A stretch of 64,000 nt of DNA from Tubiluchus corallicola (Eukaryota; Animalia; Priapulida): positions 214,566 to 278,565 of the forward strand of contig JAQGDQ010000313.1 in the NCBI GenBank assembly GCA_030141605.1. Reading direction: 5' to 3'. The number at the start of each line of letters is the position of its first letter. The stretch's first letter is position 1. Below, piece after piece: positions 57,492 to 64,000 of this stretch. The notes under the pieces were generated by a model. That model made no database searches, was not told the DNA's origin, and saw only the letters and a program-made list of their open reading frames with translations. A program made the position numbers and the translations under genes.

Positions 57492-58319
57492 GGCGCCGAG
57501 TAATCCACTAACCGAAGTAGGACAATTGGCGTACATGGGTTAGCCCAAGTAGGACGCGTCGTAAATGGGCTAACCCAAGTAGGACGTGTCGTACATGGGC
57601 TGCCCAAGTAGGACATTAGAGACAGGTCGCGGCGAATTGAGTCGTTAAGTGTACTGGCACCGTCCGTTGTCCTTGTTTATGTTATAATAATAATTAAAAA
57701 CGTCAATTCAGGTTGAATAATTTACTATACATCTGATAAAATAAAAGAGTTTTATTCTGAGCTAGTAGAACGGACAATATTAAATTTGGCTTCGATATCA
57801 ATGTTGTTGAAGTGAAAAAACCCACTTTTTAGTTAGGCGATTTCAACATTTGTTTAAGGTTTATCATTTTCTATTTTGTCTTGCGTCGCAGACAGGCGAT
57901 CCATTTCACTACCTGTTGGACAAATAATAGTTTTCTCCTAAGTAAACGTTCTAGCGATCTATGTGTCCTACATGAGCTAGTGAGCCCCATGTAGGACAGT
58001 GCCCTACATGTTACAATACTGTTGATATTATTAAAACTAATTGTCTTTGCTTTTAAATTTTTATAATAATTTAATGGAGCTAATAATACTGATGATTGTA
58101 AAAAATACATTAATTTTGCAAATTATCAAGGACTATAAAGTTACTTTTTCCCTAAAACAAATTTAATTTTATGTTTTATCATGTCATCATAATTATCGAT
58201 TCTCGTCAAGAATCGCCAGTGCCCTACTTAGGCTGCCATGTACGACACTGCTTTCCGCAATTTAGCACATTGCTTTTTACCGGAAGTGTCTTACCTCGGC
58301 TAGTGGCTTACTCGGCGCC
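57492..58319. repeat. Inverted-repeat module: 33-bp inverted ends, 3 x 30-bp tandem units, central palindrome
   Basis: GGCGCCGAGTAATCCACTAACCGAAGTAGGACA (57492-57524) matches the inverse of 58287-58319 at 29 of 33. Units cgtacatgggctagcccaagtaggacgtgt (consensus) at 57530-57615; inverted unit at 58219-58248; TGTCCTACATG/CATGTAGGACA at 57964-57998. Confidence 0.88.
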
Positions 58320-58562
58320 CTACAACTGGGTTTTCTTTTACGCGAAATGCGAGAACTTCAAAACCGACAATATTGAAAGATGGAAGTAGGGAATACACCG
58401 CCATAAGTGTTATAGTATAAAATTTTTACACGACCAAAGCGTTAAGTCTACCAAAACGTATCAGCAGTTACTTATCGTGTGGCCCGCTCGTAATCTTAGA
58501 ATCATATTACTTAAACAGATTAAATCGCAATTTAGTTTTCAGTAACTAAATTGCCATTTGCT

Positions 58563-59520
58563 TTAATTCAATTCAATTTTATTTTCTCAATAGCAGTTAA
58601 AATTCGTCATAATTATTTTTACATTTCCTTGCAGCTGAGAAGGAGCAGCGAAAGACCTATTGCTCACTTGGTCAGCAGCCCCTTATTAAAAATATAAGTT
58701 TATTCACAGGGTGATGACTTTTTTTAGGTGTTTGTGTATGTATAAAAGGCAAAAGCAACAAAAATCAACTCAAAGCATAACAAGGAATAACATCAAACAG
58801 AAAATTAATGAAATTCAATGTAGAGCAAAAAATAACATCAAACAAAGCAACAAAAATCTACTCAAAGCAAAAATGCAATTCCACTCAGAATAAAAGGAAG
58901 TTTTCACAAGCAATGCAAAACGGAATTTAACTTATAGCAAAAAATTATATCAAACAAAATGAAACTCAAAGCGAAAATTTTACAAAACAAACGCAACTCA
59001 ACTGAAAGTAAAAGAATTTGTCAAAACCAAAGCAAAACTGAATTCAGCATAGGGCAAAAATTATATCACAAAAGCAACAAAATCAAATACAAGAGCAAAA
59101 ACAAAATTCAGTTTAAAGCAAAACATATATCAAGCAACAGTAACAAAAATCATCGCAAGGCGAAACTAAAAAAATCAAAACAAGGCTAGAACAAAAAATA
59201 TAATTAGGCGAGCAGAATTTTTGTGATGCAACATTCAATCTAGAGGCAGTTACAGTTCAAAAGATTTCTACATGCCTTCGACAAAGACAATTCATTTAGA
59301 TTCACTTGATTTTTTAGATGTATTCGGTTTCTAAACAACACAATGAATAAATAAAAAAGTGACCAAGTTATAAGCTCTTTGTACTGTAAAAGAAAATACA
59401 ATTTTAAGCAATATCACCATGTTATTTTCCAGTTCGATTAAATTTAACTCCAGTATATTAAATGTAGTTTTCAATTAGTTGCTTTTTGTACTTTTTACTT
59501 ATTTGTAATAAAGATGATAA
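58563..59520 (-). mobile_element. 3' end of a second CR1-group LINE (last ~20 ORF2 codons, 3'UTR, stem-loop-like end, AATAAA and short repeat tail)
   Basis: 59520-59458 reads LSSLLQISKKYKKQLIENYI*, like the intact ORF2 end SLKKQYAKALLEAYK*. T-rich UTR, GC-rich imperfect stem-loop at 58640-58684, then AATAAA and (AATTG)n at 58563-58583. Confidence 0.65.
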
Positions 59521-59957
59521 TAGTATAATAATAGTAATTTATTTTCCTCCATATACAATAATTTGACAATAAAATACACAAAAATACAAACAAACATAGG
59601 AGAAAGGGTGGCGAAAAACCAAAGGTTATCGAGTCAACCACCCTTCTCAAAGGACAGTAAACAAAAGGACGCTAAGGACAGTAGACACAGCTATATTAAA
59701 AAATACATAAACGTGCAGAAATACAAAAAACAAAAATACAACAGCAAAAGACAAAAATCAAAAACCATGACAAATTTACGAACTACTAAGCAAAATACCT
59801 TACAATTGTTTCTGATAAATACATCTAATAAATACACAAACGTACAGAAATACAAAAACAAAAATACAACAGCGAAAAAGTGAGTTTGCACCTCATAAAA
59901 ATGTTTTTAAGCAAAAGTTACCATAAGAATGTACATCTAACAGACAAAAAAACTGAT

Positions 59958-62900
59958 TTATTTGTAAGCTTCAAGAAGTGCCTTAGCGTACTGTTTTTTT
60001 AGCGAATGCAGAGGTAAAGAAGTTATATGAGCAGGTAGAGAGTTCCATAATACTGATCCCTGATATTTTAACGACGTTTGACCCTTAGATGTATTAAATC
60101 GTTCGATAAAGAAAGAACTGTTAGTAGAAAACCTAGTGTTGTAACTGTGAATATCGGATGCTGGCGTATAGTAATTTAGAAACAATTCTGGTAGTAAGTT
60201 ATTCTTAAATTTGTATACAAATTTTGCAAGCTCGAGTTTGTAGATGTCATTCAGTTTTAAGAGGCCCAATTTAATGTAGGATGGCGTTGCATGTTCCCGT
60301 CTACCAGAAAATGTCATCAGCTTAACTATAATGTTTTGATGAGTTTGTATCGGTTTTAAAGTATTTGAAGATGCAGTGCCCCAGGAAAGAATCCCATAGT
60401 GAAGATAAGAATAAACCAAAGCATGGTATATTAGTTTTAGTACATCTGTATTTATGTAGTGTCTTATCCTCGCAATTATGCCCTTGATTTTGCTAATTTT
60501 GTAGGTTATGTGTTTTGTTTGTGTAGACCATGTTAAGTTATCATCAATGAACATACCGAGGTATTTAATTTCTTTAGACCTAGTTAATATTTGATTATTC
60601 ATTGAAATCTGGAAATTTTCATATGCGTCTGTTTTGCGGCCAGGCGTAATCAGCATGTATTTTGTCTTTTTATAGTTAATAGACAGTTTGTTAGCTTTCA
60701 TCCACTGATTAATCTTATGCAATTCACTGTTAACTGAAGTTTGTAAATTAATTATCTTTGTATCTGTTAAGAATAGATTAGTGTCATCTGCAAACATTCT
60801 AGTGTGGAAGTTTGAACAGTTTACAAGATCATTTATGTACAAAAGAAACAATATCGGGCCTAGAGTAGAGCCTTGTGGTACTCCACATGTTATAGTAGTT
60901 AGATTTGAGCTAGTATCTCCAATGGAAGTGTACTGTTGTCTGTTGTGCAAGTAAGATGCAAAGAAATTTCGGGATAGTCCTCTAATACCATAATGTTTCA
61001 TTTTTTGGAGTAATATATTATGTTGTACAGTGTCAAAAGCCTTGGACAGATCTAGGAAGATGCCACACACAAATACATTTTTGTCAATATTATTAAGAAT
61101 TCTATCGGTTAGTTCAGATACAGCTAAGGCAGTAGAATGATTTTTCCTGAAACCAAATTGGTGTTCTGATAGTATTTTGTTTGTTGAAATGAATTTGTCA
61201 AGCCGGATAAAGATGAGTTTTTCAAATATTTTGGCAACCGGTGAGAGTAAAGATATAGGTCTATAGTTGGTGGGATTTTCAGGTGATTCAGACTTATAAA
61301 TTGGAATTACTTTCGCTAGTTTTAAAATGTTAGGAAATATGCCATCAGTAATCGATTTATTATAAAGTGTCGTTAAGTATGGTGTAATAATGCTGACAGC
61401 TAGTTTATAAAAATAAATTGGAATATTCTCTGGACCTGCAGATTTATTAATGTTTAACTTATTGATTTCCACACATGTTTCATTTTCTAATATAGGGTAC
61501 ATAAAAAATGTGCTATTTACTGGGTTCTTCAAAAAAGAATCGAATTTTAGTTCAGTGTATGGTATCTTTCTCGCCATATTGCTACCTATGTTACTAAAAA
61601 ACTGGTTTAGTATTTCACTTATATCCTTATGGTTATTGTACTCATTACCATTTTGTGTTAACTTGTTAGGTTGAAAATGGTTTTTCACTTTACAGTTTGT
61701 AATTTCATTTATGGTTTTCCATGTTAGTCGCATATTATTTTTATTTCCTTGGAGCACTTTTGAGTAATAGTTACGTTTTGACTGTTCTTTTATTCGATTT
61801 AGTTTATTACAATATGTACGATAATATTCATTTTTGTATAAACTGTCGGATAATTTATGAGTTTTGTATAATTGACTTTTTTTTCTGATAGAAGTTAGGA
61901 TACCTTGAGTTAACCAGGGTTTGTAAAACGTCTTAGTTTGTTTTCTCGACAAGGTTTTATACGGGGCATGGTAGTTAACAGTTTCTGTAATTATATTCAT
62001 GAATTTTTCAAATGCTTCGTTTGTTGACATTGTCACAAAAGATTCGTTGTTTAGTTTATAAGTTAAGTCATTTAAGAAAGCGTCTTGATTGAATTTACTC
62101 TTGTCACGGATATTTACTTTTGAGTTCGCACGTTTACTAATTGAATTTTTGACAATGCAAAAGATAGGCAAGTGGTCAGCGATTTGGTAAAGTATAATGC
62201 CTGGAATGATGTAGTCTTTTAGGTTATTTGTGTAGATGTGATCTATAAGTGTTTTGGATGTGTGAGTAAGTCTAGTTGGTCGTGTTATAATGGGTGTGAA
62301 TTGATTGCAGAATACCATATTGAGATATTCGGATATATATGATTTAGTTTCATGGTGAAGCAGGTTAAGATTGAAATCACCACATACATAACTAATCTTG
62401 CCAGTTTTATTAATGTCGGACATAATGTTATCCATTGCCTCATGAAAGTGATTAATGTTAGTATTTGGATGACGGTAAACAACACCAAAGATAATATGCT
62501 TAGAATGTATATTAGTTTCTATCTGTATCCAGAGATCTTCGCACTGCATATCGGATTGGAAAGTAAGAGATGAATTAGCATTTTGGATAGAGTATTTTGT
62601 GATTTTAGTATAATTTAGCTGATTAGATACATAAAGTCCAACCCCCCCTGCTCTTGTATTAGAATCAGTATGTAAAAAAGTGTAATTGGGTATATTACAT
62701 AAAAAAATATTTTTATCGTTAACTCGAGTTTCCGACACTGCTATTATGTCGGGTGGCCTCTTAAAATGCTGAAGCACATCTGTTATGTCATGATAGTGTT
62801 TGTGAAGGCTATTGGGATTAATATGTATGAAGCTAAAATCCTTATCATTGTTGTGCAAAAAGGCTGATGACTGCAGCGTGGTGAGTTTATAGTATTTGCT

Positions 62901-63248
62901 ATCATACAGAGTATTATGATTAATGTCGGGATCTTTGTCATCATCATCATTAAACGAGGACAAACTAGCTGTACAGTTGAGTGACAGTAATTGTTCAATT
63001 TCACTATTGCAATAACTAAAATGGACAAAATCATAAAAGTCATCATCGTCTGCCATCTGAAGTGGCAATATCGAATTAATGCAAGGCAAGCAAAAGTATG
63101 TATCACTAGAATTAGCTAAATTTTGAAACTGTTGTAATGATAGGCATGTGCACTTCAGATGGCACCAATTCTGACAGTTGTCACAATAAATAGCATTCTG
63201 ATTCGACCTACAGACTTTAGAGCAGACTGTACATGGATAAGATGCCAT
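59958..63248 (-). CDS. LINE ORF2: PHD finger + apurinic-like endonuclease + reverse transcriptase, 1096 aa
   Basis: PHD CTVC..CDNC..WCHLKC..CLPC. APE motifs IIAVSETR, YRHP, GDFN, LIDHIY, DHLPI. RT motifs YRPISLL, FLDLSKAFDTV, GVPQGSTLGP, FADDT, KYLG. Confidence 0.97.
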   Translation of the reverse strand: MASYPCTVCSKVCRSNQNAIYCDNCQNWCHLKCTCLSLQQFQNLANSSDTYFCLPCINSILPLQMADDDDFYDFVHFSYCNSEIEQLLSLNCTASLSSFNDDDDKDPDINHNTLYDSKYYKLTTLQSSAFLHNNDKDFSFIHINPNSLHKHYHDITDVLQHFKRPPDIIAVSETRVNDKNIFLCNIPNYTFLHTDSNTRAGGVGLYVSNQLNYTKITKYSIQNANSSLTFQSDMQCEDLWIQIETNIHSKHIIFGVVYRHPNTNINHFHEAMDNIMSDINKTGKISYVCGDFNLNLLHHETKSYISEYLNMVFCNQFTPIITRPTRLTHTSKTLIDHIYTNNLKDYIIPGIILYQIADHLPIFCIVKNSISKRANSKVNIRDKSKFNQDAFLNDLTYKLNNESFVTMSTNEAFEKFMNIITETVNYHAPYKTLSRKQTKTFYKPWLTQGILTSIRKKSQLYKTHKLSDSLYKNEYYRTYCNKLNRIKEQSKRNYYSKVLQGNKNNMRLTWKTINEITNCKVKNHFQPNKLTQNGNEYNNHKDISEILNQFFSNIGSNMARKIPYTELKFDSFLKNPVNSTFFMYPILENETCVEINKLNINKSAGPENIPIYFYKLAVSIITPYLTTLYNKSITDGIFPNILKLAKVIPIYKSESPENPTNYRPISLLSPVAKIFEKLIFIRLDKFISTNKILSEHQFGFRKNHSTALAVSELTDRILNNIDKNVFVCGIFLDLSKAFDTVQHNILLQKMKHYGIRGLSRNFFASYLHNRQQYTSIGDTSSNLTTITCGVPQGSTLGPILFLLYINDLVNCSNFHTRMFADDTNLFLTDTKIINLQTSVNSELHKINQWMKANKLSINYKKTKYMLITPGRKTDAYENFQISMNNQILTRSKEIKYLGMFIDDNLTWSTQTKHITYKISKIKGIIARIRHYINTDVLKLIYHALVYSYLHYGILSWGTASSNTLKPIQTHQNIIVKLMTFSGRREHATPSYIKLGLLKLNDIYKLELAKFVYKFKNNLLPELFLNYYTPASDIHSYNTRFSTNSSFFIERFNTSKGQTSLKYQGSVLWNSLPAHITSLPLHSLKKQYAKALLEAYK

Positions 63249-63280
63249 ATATTAAATAACTGAAAAGTGCAACATTAAGG

Positions 63281-64000
63281 TTAAAGATGAGAATTGGTCT
63301 GCGATGACATGGCTGGGTTATATCCCATTCTCAGCAGAACTTGAAGAGAGTCAATTGGTACTGCTTCAGAATCATCAGAGTCAGACCTCTTTAAATAGAT
63401 GCGACCATATCGAGACCATACATATTTGTACCGCAGTTGCTTTTTGCACTGTCGTGCATGGTATAGCAAGGATCTATTTTGCTTTGTAAGGTTTTCATTT
63501 ATATAAATTTTGCTTACTGTTGAAAAGCCTAGGTCGTGAGCAGAGTTGATTCGTTTCCTGGCTGCATATACTTTGTCACGGATGTCGCGTCGTACAAACT
63601 TGACGATAATTGCTGGAGCACTACCAGATCTTGTCTTTTGCAGCCGATGCGAAGTAGCAATATCTTCAGGAGCTATTTGTACACCAATGACATCACAAAG
63701 CCTTTTGATAATGGTGTTAGTAGATTCATGCTCAATGAAAGGGATACCTGTAATTTCTAGCATGTCACGCCTCTCGTATTGTTCAAGGTCATTCACAGAT
63801 TTTTCAGATGCAGTTATTTTTTTTTCTAGTTTGCTTATTGTACATTTCAGTATTTTGTTTTCCTCTTCTAGATTTCTCATTTTTTCCTCATTTTGCTTAT
63901 TCTGTTCTTGCAAATCTTCATATTGTTTTGAAATAAATTCCTGACTTTTCACAAGTTCGCCTATTTGTCTGTTTACTTCTGTAAGTTTTGAATCTATAGA
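63281..64000 (-). CDS. LINE ORF1 (coiled coil + RRM-like + C-terminal domain), 5'-incomplete
   Basis: Frame stays open from 64000 (SIDSKLTEVNRQIGELVKSQEFIS...). Heptad-rich N-terminal part, then LEQYERRDMLEITGIP, SHRL, IIVKF, IYINENLT and YKYVWSRYGRIYLKR, typical of this ORF1 type. Confidence 0.9.
   Translation of the reverse strand, partial: SIDSKLTEVNRQIGELVKSQEFISKQYEDLQEQNKQNEEKMRNLEEENKILKCTISKLEKKITASEKSVNDLEQYERRDMLEITGIPFIEHESTNTIIKRLCDVIGVQIAPEDIATSHRLQKTRSGSAPAIIVKFVRRDIRDKVYAARKRINSAHDLGFSTVSKIYINENLTKQNRSLLYHARQCKKQLRYKYVWSRYGRIYLKRSDSDDSEAVPIDSLQVLLRMGYNPAMSSQTNSHL

Larger units (their letters stand above)
59521..64000 (-). mobile_element. Apparently intact CR1-group (CR1/L2/Crack-like) non-LTR retrotransposon; 5' end lies beyond the window
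   Basis: Two uninterrupted ORFs 32 nt apart, a 3'UTR with stem-loop GAGAAGGGTGG...CCACCCTTTCTC (59600-59648), AATAAA at 59538-59543 and a short TA-rich tail. Confidence 0.92.

Noticed and set aside
57530-57615. CRISPR-like 30-bp palindromic repeats
   Set aside because: Units are head-to-tail with no unique spacers, no cas genes are present, and the context is eukaryotic. The same applies to the arrays at 31806 and 38748.
58711-59891. Lys/Asn/Gln-rich ORFs
   Set aside because: Translation of A-rich low-complexity LINE 3'UTR sequence.

Overview
AT-rich, intron-rich animal (most likely invertebrate bilaterian) genomic DNA; most short ORFs in the supplied track are noise. Three host genes are supported. 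(1) A minus-strand unconventional myosin, probably class XXII (Myo22/Myo81F-like): 20 phase-compatible exons read by hand from 23634 to 5287 give 834 codons covering the motor domain and IQ motifs, with no tail exons found in the window. (2) A plus-strand rhodopsin-class GPCR with an intronless CDS, FMRFamide-receptor/Srw-like (37141-38292). (3) A minus-strand ZMAT3/Wig-1-like gene (5 coding exons, 52903-43706, about 637 aa) with four matrin-type zinc fingers and an unusual N-terminal SYGQ-rich plus RG/RGG region. A further open frame of at least 276 codons (828 to <1, minus strand) is missing from the ORF track. The right end holds an apparently intact CR1-group LINE (ORF1, and PHD-APE-RT ORF2) abutting the 3' end of a second related LINE. 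Introns and intergenic DNA carry MITEs, tRNA-derived SINEs, a decayed RT, tandem arrays and microsatellites. The most unusual items are an inverted-repeat module at the putative ZMAT3 promoter, tandem-duplicated ATG-ending mini-exons, and the FET-like ZMAT3 architecture. All family assignments are from recalled motifs, not database searches.
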